DNA of 64,000 bases, taken from NCBI GenBank assembly GCA_904063045.1, contig CAJFCJ010000021.1, positions 434,001 to 498,000 of the forward strand, in the 5' to 3' direction. The notes beneath the pieces are model-generated. The model was not told where the DNA came from, did not search any database, and was given only the letters and a program-made list of their open reading frames with translations. The position numbers were made by a program, and so were the translations under genes. Source of the DNA: Dimorphilus gyrociliatus (taxonomy: Eukaryota > Animalia > Annelida). Shown here piece after piece: positions 40,232-54,617 of this stretch. Each line of letters begins with the position of its first letter. The stretch's first letter is position 1.

Positions 40232-40863
40232 GTAAGTTGATCGCTTCTAGACTATTTGCATATTTAAAGGCCTACAGGGCAAAAATAGCGGCTTAAAAAT
40301 ATACCCAAACGTCGAGCTGTCAAATCTGGGAAGCGTCTCCCGCAGGCGTCTCCAAGTTGTTTACGTACAACTCGTTCGTCTTCATTAACATACTTCTCGT
40401 GGAGTTCTGCCCCTTTCCTTCTTCCAGCCCCTCTTTCCTTCCCCGTGAGACAGCTAGAAAACTGCATTGCAGTAAAAGGGAGGGCTCCAGCCACAATGGC
40501 AGTCTGTCACTGATTGGGTCATTAGCAGAGTAGCGCATCGAACGGCATCTCTTCATTAGGATGTTCTTATTGTGTATACTCTCTTAAAAATGGGATCGTG
40601 TTTCGCTTCAATTAATTGAGGCGGAAGACAAATTGAACAATATAATATTATCCGTCCTGAAATAAAACTATAAAATATAAAAGAGAAAGGGGGAAATTGC
40701 ACTTAATCCGATTCATGACACGATGATCATCGATCTGTCTCTCTTTGCGTCATTTTATGTACAGTATCGTAAAACTTGTTTATTCTTTCACTTTTGCCTT
40801 TTCTAATCGTTCTCCATGTTGCGTAAATGGCCAACATTAGCCTCTCTTCTTTTTTTGTCATAG

Positions 40864-43219
40864 ATGTCGGAAATTCGACAAACGAGACAGATAGGCCTAC
40901 GCGACCTTCTTATCAATTCCGCTATATTCGATTCTCACTACCGATTGCCAATGATACAAAAGAAAGTCAAGAAGAAGCGAAGATATCAACAACAAACAAG
41001 ATATCTGAAAGTATTAATACTACGAATTCGGAAGTTGAAATCAGGACAGAAACAACATTAGAAACAGAATCAAAAGTATCAGCAACATCAACTGTATCAG
41101 CAATAAATGAAAAGCCAACAGAAAGTGCTACAACAGAACCAACAGTTTCAACGCCGAATACTCTAAGTGAGAGTGCAACAGAAAAACAAGATATCAACGA
41201 CAATAGGTTTCTATTTGATAAAGATAAGGGATATTATAATCGATTAAAAGGTAAGCTTTGCAGTCGGATTTTTTTTATATTCTATACATTAGATCAATGG
41301 GTATTAAAAATTATCACATTTCCTTTACTCTACTACATTTTATACGGAGGGAGAAAAAACAATAAATTCTTTATCGAAACAGTAACATATAGCAGATAAA
41401 AGTTGAAGCCGCATGTCATTAGTAAACTTTGACGGTTGTCCGATTAACTAGGCCTATACTTGCAGATAAAAGTATTTAACTAAATACCATTTAAGCGACA
41501 GTCTTTTCATATTTATAAATAAGTTAAGTAGTTATTTTATTATAAATAAAATAAACTGCAGAATTTAGGAAACGTATAGAATACTGTTGTTACAAAAAGC
41601 ATCTTGTCCTGTCAGTGACAGTCGCATGCTTGAGATTTTTCATATAGGAAATTCTAATTCCGGTTCTCTAGTAAATCTTCATCTAGAATAGGAAGAGACG
41701 CCCTAGATTTATTTATTCTATATTAAACGTCCCGAAAAAAAATTTCATTGCAAATAGCTGTCTTCGTTACTCCTGCCATCTTTCCTCTCTCCTTCTCTCT
41801 CGACTGCCAATTTCAAGTTTTTTTTTTCTATAAAGATTGAAATAAATCGCCTTGTGACCTTAACAAGGACGAGAAGCTTTAAACAGTAATTCATTATAAC
41901 ATCTAATAAGACCACGATCTACTGAAGAGAATAACGAAAGGTCGCCCTGGTCGAACTCAAGCTAATTTTATATTATATCACGTGGTTGTATTTCTAAAGA
42001 TATTCCCAAGATCTTTTTTATTAGACGCTTCAGTACCTTATTACTTACTTTTATATGGTGATCATATACAGTATATTATAAGTGTATAGCTTGGAACTGT
42101 GACAATCTTTCTCACTCAGAAACTAATAAAGGAGGCCGGTGTTGTAATGTGATTTCGGCATGTAATTCGACTCTTTGCCTGTAGGCCTACACATCACGTG
42201 ATATTAGTAAATACCTCAATGCACCAGAGGATTTGATCCACGAATATGGAATATAATATTCCTTAAACATACATATTTTTGCCTTATCCCCGTTTGGGAG
42301 AAGTAGGAAAAAAATGTTTGTCCAGTAGTTGTCAAATTATTTCAATATGTCTTTTATTTATTGTATATATCTATAATTTATTAGAATCATTTTTCTCCAA
42401 TATAAGAGAGGTTCAATGGTGACGATAGGAGGAGCGATTCGTACGACTCGCTGAATGAAGATACTGGCGGTTACTATAGCGATGACGGTAAGGGTTATAG
42501 GTTGAGAAATGAATGAATATTAACAAACCGAAAAATATCTTTGATTAACAAATGCATGGAAAGATTTCAAAAAATGATAAAAAAGTTGGGTTTTTCAACA
42601 GATTATACGTTGGGTGATGATGATCTCTACCCGAGAGATAAGATAATGGACGGTAGGTTAAAGATAAAAAAGAATCTATAAAAAAAAACTCATTTTAACA
42701 TGTCAATGTGAATTTTACGGACCAATAGGCAAAAGTGCATTCGAAGAGGAAAACTTCCCGTTAAGGATGCGAGGTTCGTATGTCCTTATATAAATAAACA
42801 TTCTAGATAACCTGTTAGAAGGTTTTGTAAGAGAAGCGTATAATTGTATGCCCCTATTAAAAAAAACGGAACTTATCTTCTTTCACTAAAAAAAGGCTTA
42901 ACCGGGAATAAAGAAGAGGCGTCCAGCCAGCTGCCGTCCTTTGGAATTATTGCTTTATCCTGCTGGCTTGCTGTTATATTACTAACAACAATAGGACTCG
43001 TCATTTTTGCCGTTCGAAAGAATAAATTGAGTGTAAGTTAATTCCGTTATATTGACAGTTCTAATGTGCCTTATAAAAATGTCCTAAATCTTACTTTATT
43101 TTTTCTCTATCTCTCTCTCTCTATATATACATAAATAGGTTTTCCAAGGAACTCGAAGAGTAGAAGAAAGACAAGAAAGAGAAGAAGAGCATGAAGTTCA
43201 CAATCTGTTGAGAATATAA
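40864..43219 (+). CDS. Single-pass mucin-like membrane protein (S/T/E-rich stalk, acidic Tyr-rich segment, TM, charged tail); first coding exon unresolved
   Basis: Exons 40864-41250, 42407-42487, 42602-42653, 42729 or 42736-42773, about 42807-42821, about 42896-43032, 43139-43219 can be joined in frame. TM FGIIALSCWLAVILLTTIGLVIFAV followed by RKNK. Confidence 0.6.
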
Positions 43220-43634
43220 AAAGAAAGCCTCAGACTAGTCTACAATTAAAACGACAAATGTTATTAACTTTACAAATTTTAGTACTTTTATTGACTCTTA
43301 AACATTTTTATTTACATATGTCTTCCTTTATCCTCTCCCTTTCCTTTCCCCATTCCCTATCCCTGCTCCATGTTCTCTTTCCATCTTTCTTACACATCAA
43401 AAAGCTAGCTAAAAATATACTTTAGAAACCGAAGTGTCAACTAGATGGCGTTATGTTTAATAGTACCGGTTTTTCCTAAAATCAAATACTGCCAATTGTT
43501 TGAATGTTTTACTTAAAAACACCTGTAGTGAAATTGATGATGCCCGCCAAGTTTTAATTCTTAATACAAATAAATGTCATTTTAGAGAAAATGACCTAAT
43601 TTTCTTATGGTTTAGTAGGATATATTTGGAAGTT

Positions 43635-44943
43635 ATGACAAGAAATATTTGGAAACAATTACTAATATCCTGTATATTGGGGATAATTTTAACAATCTTC
43701 CTATATATATACCATGGGAGTAGCGTTGTCAGATTAGGTAAAAGCTATAAAGATTATAAAACAATTTAGATTGAGATTTTGCTTTGTAACTCATATATTA
43801 AAGTTTTAGTATAAATATAAACTGTTCTAGTTACGATCCATAGCTAATTATATATTTAAATAATTAACATCCTATTGGAAATCAACCATCCGTAGAGGCT
43901 AGGGAAGAGAAAATATTTAATTATTTACATGAAAATATAGTTTTATATAAAATATATATTCTAGATTTTGTAGTGATATCTTTCATTTCGCTTTAGTGAC
44001 TAATCTTTTATTAATAAATTTTAGTTAAAAGTTTTCGTACAACCAAGAGCCATACCATTTCCAGTGAAGAGCAAGATGTATATAATAAGATAAAGATTTT
44101 CTGTTTTATTCCCATTCAACAACGGAATTTATTAACGAAAGGAAGTGCTGTTAAAAGAACATGGCTAACTAAATGCGATGGCTATATGTTTTTTGGTGAA
44201 AGAGATGATCCTATATGGCCAATGGTTAAACTTCCAATTAGGGAAAGTTTTCAAAAACTACCTGCAAAAACTATGGCAGCTTTTAAGTATGTTCACAAGC
44301 ATTTCTACGACTCTTATGATTATTTCCTGAAGGCTGACGATGACACTTACATTATCATTGAGAATCTACGCTACCTGTTAATGTCTTATAATGACTACAA
44401 AGATCAACCTATTTATATAGGACATAAAATGAAGAGACATGTACAACAAGGCTATTTAAGTGGAGGTGCCAGCTACGTTTTGAATAAAGTAGCATTAAAC
44501 AAGCTAATAAAAGATGGTCTAGCAAATTCAGGTAATGTTTTAGAGTGTACGAAGGAAGTAGGGGCTGAAGATGCTACTTTAGGGCGTTGTCTTGAAAAAC
44601 TTGGCATTAAGATAGCAAATTCTTTGGATTGTGATGAGAAAGATTCGTTTCATCCTTTTAACTTACAAACATATATCACGGGAAATTATCCAACTTGGTA
44701 TAAAACCTTTGCTCCAAAGGATTTGAATGTCAGTAAATCAGTTGCTAAAACGATTATATATCATTTTCTCTTTTGTTTATTTCCATATAGGTGAATAACT
44801 GCTGTAGTCCTTATACTGTTAGCTTCCATTTCGTAGACCCTAGTCAAATGGAAATATACCACTACCTAATCTATCATATGGAAGTCTACGGCAAACCTTC
44901 TGGAATTCCCCAACGACCAATGTTTAAGGCGTCTTTTACCTGA
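43635..44943 (+). CDS. C1GALT1: Core 1 beta-1,3-galactosyltransferase-like (T-synthase, GT31)
   Basis: Exons 43635-43737 (type II anchor), 44025-44728, 44791-44943. Motifs YDYFLKADDDTYIIIENLRYLL, GYLSGGASYVL, EDATLGRCL, FHPF, CCSPYTVSFHFV. Confidence 0.9.
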
Positions 44944-45653
44944 AAACTTGGCAACCTGCTTTTATTGCTATATACACTAGAAATATACATTAAATGTTTT
45001 TTTAGAAGAAAAATATATTAAATTTTTTTACTGTACGACTTTGGTGGTATTGAGAAAGAGCGAAAAGTTACGTGTGAAATAGTATATACAGATGTACCGT
45101 CTATACAGTACACATATACGTTCAAAGGAGTGAGTAGCCTGGAACTAGCATAGAAATAATCTATGTTCATGATAAGAGACACTTCATTCCTTATAGTAAA
45201 TTTCTTACAACGAGCTGCTACAATTACTTAGAATGAATTACTAAATCGATTTTTACCTTTTAAAGTGTTTGTCTTTATAGTGCCTTCAACCAATTACTCG
45301 AGTTATAATGTGAAATCTTAGATTTAAAGTGTCTGTCTATATATTTCAACGTTAGCTTATTTTGAGTTGTTTACCACGTGTATTCTTTTGTCTTTAAAAT
45401 TTAATTAATGAGAGAAATTATTAAATTTCTACTATTCTCTCAAGATAAATTTCTTATAAGTACATGAATAGCTTTTAAAAGTCCTGATACATTATTTACA
45501 ATATTCTAATGGTGTTTGGAGATTACAACTTTTACAAAAGAACTATCAAAACTTAAATATTTACTGTGCAAGTTCAATAAAAGTAGGAATTAAGCCTTCC
45601 AATATCAGTGCAAAAAGTAGGGCGTTTTATTATATCAGATAAAAAAATTGAAC

Positions 45654-46659
45654 TCATTGAATACTTTTACGTACATGCTCGCACCATAATTCTTGTAATC
45701 CTGTATCATTAAAGAAACTTTTCATATCTTCGATTTGGGTAAACTCTTCTACAAACACATTTTCCATGCTGTTTATCGAATATCGATATTATATACAACA
45801 GTGAGTATAAAATTAATAATGCTTATAAGAAATTAAAGTGCATAAAATATAGCTATTACCGTTTATCTTTGATAGCTGTATGACTTAGGGTTTTCGTCAT
45901 TCTTTCCTTACAAGGTTGGCCTTTAGAATCAACATCGACATTATTCGTTTTATATTCTCTTAGAAACTTCTACAAAATTTTTTAAATGATAAATTGAATG
46001 ATCTCTTAAATTCTCATGTGATATTCTGCTTGCTGTAATACTATTAATAATCTTACCTTTGTATTCTCATCTTTCCCTTGAAGAACTATATATATAAACT
46101 TTTTATAGAATAGTATACGACCTGTTAAATCAAAGTTTCTCATCCAAGTTCGTATATTTTTTATATACTTTTCCTTTGCTCTCATATGATGTACCTGTAA
46201 TAAGGTATTATAGTACATTTGTTCAGTGCAAATTTCTTTTAATTGATAAGTTTGCAGTTTTTTGTATTCCATAAGTTTATCAGGAAACCAAGAAACAATA
46301 TCTATTATCATGCAACTTCCGCTTAATGACTGTCCATATTCTTCTGTCATTTTATTCAACTCAACTAAGTCTTTTCGGCTGAATTCTGTATTGTAGACAT
46401 TAATTCTGGGAGGTTGATCTGGATAAGCTTCCGATAGCAGGAATTTTAAGTTCCATATTTTCCCATTTATATCTAAATTTAGAGAGATTTGACGTCCTTC
46501 ACTAATTTGTTCTTCGAAGAATTCTCCATCCTGACAATACATCCAGCGTATGGCTTCAATTTCATCTTCTACAGCTGAATTTCAATCAAATGTATTTCTT
46601 GTTAGCTAAATAATTAAAATATTACCCTTTCTGACTTTATCATCTTTCACAGAGGTCAT
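45654..46659 (-). CDS. RWDD3: RWD domain-containing protein 3 (RSUME)
   Basis: Exons 46659-46626, 46574-46057, 45969-45860, 45768-45654. RWD domain with YP motif; HHMRAKEKYIK, LTGRILF, NVDVDSKGQPCKERM. Confidence 0.92.
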
Positions 46660-47607
46660 TCGACACGCAACTTTTCCTATTTTCCTATGTTCTTTGTAAA
46701 CCGAAACAAGTAGTCGGGTTAATATTCCGCTTTGTGAAATTTCTTCAATAACCACTTAAAAAGAAATTATGTCAGGTACCAGCCAATATAAATAATTCGT
46801 TTTAAAATGGCGCGCCGGTATGAAATAAATTTAAATGAACACTTTATAGCGATATAAAACTTAATTTAAATGTTTTTGAATCATAAACTAATACATAATC
46901 ATCAGAATTTGACTTAATAAGAGTTTTTTAAATAGATTATAGTCTAATTAATTTACTAGTGTATTATAGTAACGAATATATGTTTTACCTGTCCGCCAGA
47001 TGACTCTTTTTTTCACAACATTAATGATGACGCACAGTGTACGGTAGAAGAGGGATGTCTTCAACAGCATGACATCGGACGTTGGATTTGCTCTTTGATG
47101 AATATAACGGGCTTAAATGGATCAGTAGGTTGGTCTTGAAAGTTGTGTTTTTGTAAGTTGCATTAATTTTGTCACGACACATGATTGTCGATAAGCAGTC
47201 GATGTTTAACTTAGCAACGGTAAAAACCGTCTAATATTTAAACGTTGCTTAGGCAGAAGTCTTTGAACTTAATCACTGCCCGTTCAACTATCTTCCTATT
47301 ACGTCTTGGATTCCTCAGAAGCAGTAAATTTAATAGTTACTTTAATTTCATAATATTAGCCTGATACTTTAAACAGACTGTTTATTAGTAATTGAGCCTC
47401 ATACTAAGGTTAATGAGTATAATTCAAGGAGGAGAATCAATACCATAAATAACAATGGAAGGCTAGCAAATCCCAAATTGTTCTATTTTCATTGATGATA
47501 GGCCTAAATGATGTAAAGCGCAGGCTTTAGTACTCTATAAATAAACCGTATCCGTTTCACTATTTTTTGTGTATATTTTTCAGATGTTACACGATCAATA
47601 ACCTACA

Positions 47608-48954
47608 ATGACGAGCGGTGAACGAGGTGAAAGCGTTACGTCCGTCGAAAAATCCCAACCGGAAGTGGGGCGAAAGCTAACTCCCTACGAAAAGGTTACA
47701 AAGGATTTATCGAATGATCCTAATGCTATGAAAGAAATTACTTTGGGTAAACGTATAGGATTTTACAAAATAAGGAGTGAATTAGGTAGTGGAAATTTCT
47801 CTCAGGTGAAAATGGGCGTTCATACCTTAACTAAAGGTAATTCTCATTTAAACAATTCACAATCATAGTTTTCTTGAAAATGTATATATTTTTACTATAA
47901 GAATTATATGAAAATTTGTAAAAAATAGCGAACAGAAAATCATTGCTGTCCGTATCTATATAACAGAGAAATTGCTTAGCGACTCGGAGATTTGAAACAA
48001 TAGCTTTATATCTAATTTATTACGGCAACTTGAAAGCATATTCGTATGAAAAGTAGTTAAAAATTTACAATCTTTATTATTTAAAAATATGTGATAACAA
48101 ATATATAGAATAAGTACGTATAAGGCTTTTATTAGGTCCTTTTAGTTATTAACTCAATTATGAATAATATACAACTGGCTGCTAATAATCTTTTTAAATA
48201 TCAATCTAATGTATTTGTACATGTATACGTATATACATATTCGCTACATTGTATACAATTCATAAATTATACTAGAACATCTCGTTAAATGTTAATATAT
48301 TCCTTATGTAATGGTTTTTCTTATGTAATCAAACTTTTTAACAGATAGAATGTTGTAGAAAATGACAAAGAAACTAAAAAAGATTACTAGATTATAGTCC
48401 CGGTTTTAATATATGAATATGTTTTTTTTCTTATTAAGATCTTTAACTTTTTGCCTACCTGTACTTTATTTATTAGCAGTTATTAACCTTATTGATTAGT
48501 TTTTCTTTTTATCAATTTTGACGCTGCGTATAAGTTCATTTACATGTATGTTAGTGTAAAAGGAAGAAGGAAGAAATCATATTTTTCATATATATTATTT
48601 TAGAGAACACTTTCTTGTAAAGAATATTTTAATTGAGTGTAATTTTATGAAAAGTTCTTTTCCATAGAGTAATTATGATTGATAATTAGTTCAGGTATTG
48701 CCTTGTCTATTTTACAAATCTGTAAAGAAATCTTTTCATATCTTGCTGTATTATTAGAATCTTACGTTTTTTACAATAAGTTTCGAGTACTTTTATTATT
48801 TGTTTACTTCAAGTTACCGCGATTATGAATTCTTTTGATTTTGTAAGCTTTACTATTATTGTAAAATTACTCAAGTCTTCATAATAATATGAATGGCAGT
48901 TGGACAGGAGAAGGGCGGGAGAAATAACTCTTTACAAGATATATATATACGCTA

Positions 48955-48990
<36 letters not shown>

Positions 48991-51900
48991 TTAATGAAGG
49001 CCTGGTAAAAAGATATGTTCAATTGTTGGTCGATATTTCGAAAATTTTCTATACCTCTTTATGCAAGTGGAGAGAAAGAAAGTTCGATCATAAAGTTTTA
49101 ATTCGCTTCTTACTTTCTCTTCTAAACTTTAATGGACTAGATAATGTACAGTACCCTCTCCAACCATATACTTTATTTATTAAGTATTTAGTAAAAATTT
49201 TTACATTTAAAATGACAAAAGTACATTACACGTGGCTACTCAAACACAAAACAGCTATTATGCACTCATTTTTCGTGAATTCGTGTTACGTATATTTATA
49301 TTAATTAGAAAGTGCCTATGGCATTCTAATTATTAGATTTGAACTAAAAATATTTTCTTTTAAGTAAAAATAAAAAAGAAAAAATTTTGTACTTGATTTC
49401 TTTTCTTTAAGGCTCATCCATCCAATTATAGTGGAAAACGAATATAAAAAACGGAAATTTATAAAGGGTAGCGGGTGGGAAGGTGGAGTAGATATACCTT
49501 TTCGTGGAAATATATTATTCAACCTTGATATTTGTACATCCGCTAAATATAATTTATTGTTTACGTACATACCTATTCAAAAAAAATTTTCTTTATGAAT
49601 ACTACAGAAAAGGTTGCCATTAAAATCCTGGATAAAACAAAGCTTGATCAAAAAACTCAACGCCTTCTCTCACGTGAAATATCGTCAATGGAACGCCTGC
49701 ATCATCCAAATGTCATAAGATTATACGAGGTTATAGAAACTTTGGCGAAAATGTATATAGTTATGGAATACGCTGGTGGTGGTGAACTATTTACTAAGAT
49801 AACCAACGAAGGAAAGTTATTAGAAAAGGATGCCAGACATCTATATGCCCAAGTAGTCTCTGCTGTTCAGCATATGGTAAATAAGCTTTTATATGACTTC
49901 AAATTCATCTTCAAATTAAATCAATTCGTCTAATGTATTTAAAATTAAATATCGTTCTTTTTTCCCTTTACTTTGTCTTTTTTCTACTCTCCTAACTCCC
50001 TTTCTACTTGTACTACTCTTACCTAAACTTGCAGCATCGAAATAACGTGATACACCGTGACTTAAAAGCAGAAAATGTCTTTTTCGCTGCTCCGAAAACT
50101 GTAAAGGTTGGAGATTTTGGATTTAGTACATTCTCAACAACAGATCAAACCTTGAATACATTTTGTGGTTCTCCCCCGTAAGTGCACTTTAACTATTTCA
50201 TCGAATTTCATTCATGTGTTTATAGTATACGTATATGCTATACTGACACATTAGCATGTATGTATATTAATAGGCTTAAAAGTGTCTGTCATAGACGTTC
50301 AGACATATTTTTTGTTATTTACCAAATAAATTGCGTTTTAGGCTAAAAAAGATTCAGGTAAAGAGTTTATATATATATATATATCTGAGGGTTGTTTATA
50401 AGAGATCAATAAACTAAAATATCGATATTAAAAAGGATTAACGTAAGGTATAATTGTGAAGATATCGATTAGAAGCTTGTTCTCTTTCATACTTATATAA
50501 TACGACAATGTATCAATAATATTAATCTGAAAAATTCATGTTTAAATTAGAAAAACAACTTCATTTTTATGGTCTTTTTGGTAGACCGCTTATTAGGTCA
50601 AAAGGGAAAAAGAACTTATCGATTATTGTTAATTTTGCGGTTGGGGAATATAGGTAAAGAAAGGTAATGATTTTTTCTAATATAAAAGTTAATTAAAAGT
50701 CTCACGTCACTATGAAACAACCGAGCAAATATCAGCTAGTGAAATATAACAGTGTATAGTATATATTCTAATATATATATATATATATATACTGTATATC
50801 CTGTATATATATACCTTAAATGTATATTATAAAAATTTTGAATTACCTAATTGTTAGTCATTAGCTAATTATTTCTTATTTTAAAGCGTTGTCAATGACT
50901 AAAAGGAAAGATAAAATATGTCTTTTTGAAATTTTCCATAAATAGTAGATGTAAAATATTACATATTAAAGGAAAAACAAGGAATTATATAATAACAAAA
51001 CCTTCGTTGCTATTTAAATAAAAAGCCTAGTACCCAATTTCATTATAAACAATTAAGAGATAAAAATATTGATTTACTTAATTTAATAACAGAAATATAT
51101 CTATAAATTTACTTTATTTCCTTATTTGAATACTTTGTGGTTAGTTTAAAAAAACGAGTAGGAAGAAAGAAGAGAAGAGAAGAGAGGATAGAAGAGATAT
51201 AAATTGTATTGAGAAGTAATCAATTATTATATTTAGAAGCAGTATTGCTTATGTACAATACCCGTTTATAGAATATATATATATTCAATAAGAACTGCTA
51301 GAAAAAATAAGATTTTTTTTCCCTATTTATAAATTCCAAAGATGTCCTCCAAAGTGCATGTTTACCACATTGTGGAAGACTATAAACTCAATTAAAGTAT
51401 ATATATACTGTATATATAGACTATTCTATACTATATAATGTATACTATATAGAAGTTTTATTATAAATACAAATAGAAAAAAACTTCAACAAATGAGAAT
51501 AAACCAACAATTTCCCATTGATCGGGGTGTTTTAACGCAGTATACAGCGAAATATTGCCAATTATAATTAAAAACTGGATATATACGTACGTGTAATACC
51601 CATTAAGTCGAATATAGAAGGAAATGATAAAGGAATTTATAGTGTAATACTCTTACAAAAGCGAATATAAGCTTGCTTATACTATCATGCTTGGTAAAGT
51701 AAACCATTTATCTTATAAATAAAATGATTTTGACCCAAAAGAGAGGAGAGAAATCAATAGACTAAGAGATATTCTTCTTTAAGGATGGGACCAGTCTTCA
51801 TCTTTTATGACTCATTAATTGCAAGGCTAAACTAATTTATTCATATAAATGATTGGTTCTAGTTAATGTGAAGGTTAAATGGGAAAACGTAGCGGTCATG

Positions 51901-52843
51901 GAGAACATGTTTTTCTCTAATGTTGTTGCGTCTCTTAGTTGCAGTCTCTCGCTTTATGATGCTTTTATGGCATCCTAGTAGTCAGATGATTGAAATATAC
52001 AGCGACCTATACTGCTTCTTATGTTGAAAAATGTGTAGAATTTGTTGATAAAAGGCATTGTGAGGGGGAGGAAGGAGAGAAAAAGCAGGGAAAGGGAAAC
52101 TACAGCATGTAGAAAACGAGACAATAATTAAGTAAAATAAAGAAATGGTCAGGATAAAATCTTATTTCATTATGTAAATTAAAAAGCAGAATAACAAATT
52201 TGAATAGTTTAATTATATTAAAAATTAATCATTTTTCATTTTGAACAGATATGCAGCACCTGAACTGTTTCGCGATGAAAGCTATTATGGCGTCTTCGTA
52301 GACGTTTGGGCTCTAGGAATAATGTTATATTTTATGGTAACAGGAGTTATGCCTTTTAGAGCAGAGACGGTTGGAAAATTGAAAAAATGTATTCTAGAAG
52401 GCACATTTACAATACCTTCTTACGTGTCAGACAGTTGCCAATTTTTAATACGTTCCATTTTACGTCCATTACCTACGGATCGTTTTACCCTTGATCAAGT
52501 TGAACGAGCTGATTGGCTTAGGGATGAAATTTTTCCTGAAGCCTTGGAAAAATACGAAATAACCCCTGCCGTTCATCCCTCGAACGGTGTTTCAGAAGAG
52601 GAGCGAGAGGCTTATAAAGCCATGTCGAATCTCGGTATACAAGTTGAACATATTGAACAATCATTTGGGAAGCATGCCAGAAGTAGTATTACTGGGACTT
52701 ATAGGATTTTGCTCCATTCTATTCAAAAGAAAAAATCTGGAGGTAGTGAAATATATAATCAACAAGCCGAAAGCGTTAAAAAGACGTCCATGAACAATAA
52801 ATACCATGAAAATAAGAAGAGCGCTTTCTGCAATATTTTATAG
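47608..52843 (+). CDS. NIM1K: Serine/threonine kinase NIM1 (AMPK-related)
   Basis: Exons 47608-47836, 49608-49876, 50035-50177, 52249-52843. Motifs [60 protein letters not shown]. Confidence 0.95.
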
Positions 52844-53818
52844 TATTTGAACGTTTTTCCTGCAGTAGGACTATTCTTTTTTAAAAAAAAAAGAAAATAT
52901 CTTCCACGTGAAATTGAAAGAAACAATGTAGAAAATATATTTTAAATAGTAATCATATATATCTTTTTAATATCATCTATAATTTATTTGCTGTTCTATA
53001 TCCTAATTTTCTCTCTTAAAGCGGTCATTCTGATAAAAAAGGAGGGAAAAATAAAAGAACGTTCCAAAAAAAGACGTAACGTCTAAAAAGAAAAACGAGA
53101 CGTATCGAACGTTCTTTTTTTTTTATTCCACAAAAGGAAAAAAAAAACAATATCCATTTTAAAAACTATTAGTGCTTTTTTCTCTTTATTCTTAAGAGCA
53201 GACTGAAAAACTTTTTAACTTTTTAATTCTGCTCTATCTTTCTTTATATTCTAAATATACAGTATATATATATATATATATATTTATGTACATACTGTAT
53301 ATTCTTTTTATTTAAAAACAAAGAACAATTTTTATTCTTTTAACTTTACGTTATAAAATTCTTTTGTTTGTTTTTGTTCTATTTTTTTTATTTATTAAAA
53401 ATGAAAATATGATCTCATCTATTTTGCATTCTAACATAAAAACAAAGAATAACAATCGTTCAGTTCTGTATTTTTCAAAAAAAAAACATCATTACATAAA
53501 AAATAATAAGAATGAATGAAAAAGGAAATGTTTGTTTGATAAAAAAAAAGAATTTTCTCTTATGGCGCCCCCTGACGATTCGCTCAATAGAAAATATTCT
53601 TTTCTTCCTAAGAATTGATAATAATTGCATCTGCATATTACCACAGTATTAATGAATAAATCATAATGAAATAACAATAAAAGAAAAGGAAATATTTTTA
53701 AAGTACTTATTATAATTTACATTGAGAATGTATTAATTAATATAAAGAGTCGATTTTAGTAAGTATAGGTAAAAAGTGATAAAAATATATATATGTAAAG
53801 AAAGAAATTACACTATTA

Positions 53819-53840
53819 CTCTCTCTCTCTCTCTCTCTCT
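53819..53840. repeat. (CT)n microsatellite
   Basis: Direct reading. Confidence 0.85.
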
Positions 53841-54077
53841 GTCTTTCTTTATAATAGAATATTCTTTATACTGTTTTATTTAGCATTTCGTAATAGGTAT
53901 TAGATAAAGCTAATTTTCGATATTGAATTTGTTTGTTCCTCTTTTGAAATATATGAGAAAAAGTACTATTCTTTCAATAAGCGAATATAATTATACGCCT
54001 ACGACATTGTAGTTAACTGATAAGAACGATCGATAACGAAATTCTAGAATATTATTTGAATTTGTTAAAAATTGGGG

Positions 54078-54617
54078 ATGGAAGCCTGGAAAATCGGTGT
54101 TATTACATCAGCTTGTATTCTTTGTATTATTCTAATATCAGTGACTATTTTCCTAGTTTTGAGAGCCAAGAAAACGCTTAAATTGTAAGTATTTAACCAT
54201 TATTAATTATTGATATTAGATGATGAAATATTGATTGATAATATTTAAATCGTTTTTAAGTTCCAAGTTCAAAAGATAAAGGGAATAATTTAAAAAAATT
54301 TCATTTTTTATTATTCTGCTTACCTTTTCATTGTTTTTATCTATTTTTACTTTTTATTAATTAGTAAAAAAGCTCAAGAACGACTGGAAGAACACGAAAA
54401 ACGCCTCTCAGCCTACAATAGTCTAAAATTAAAAGATGATGATAAAAAAGAAACTGATCAGGATAATAACTTTGATGTATTAAGAAACGAACATGTGGAA
54501 ATAAACACTGCAGTACAACCATACCCCCAAAGACCAACATCACTCAACGTAGCGTCTTTACAGAACGGTGTAGAAAATCCAGTATATAGATCTGATAATG
54601 ATATGACAATATTATAA
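54078..54617 (+). CDS. Small type III transmembrane protein, 119 aa, with SAYNSL and NPVY motifs
   Basis: Exons 54078-54184 and 54365-54617 join in phase 2. An in-frame TAA lies just upstream of the ATG. N-terminal TM is followed by RAKK. Confidence 0.7.

Noticed and set aside
40264-40556. Two overlapping minus-strand ORFs in a GC-richer block
   Set aside because: No motifs; open frames are expected in GC-richer regulatory DNA.
47021-47140. Possible C/D snoRNA (ATGATGA) between RWDD3 and NIM1K
   Set aside because: No CTGA D box at a suitable distance; more likely 5' UTR or promoter sequence.
48900-49570. ORFs inside NIM1K intron 1
   Set aside because: Contain (TA)n-derived YIYI runs with no splice or homology support.
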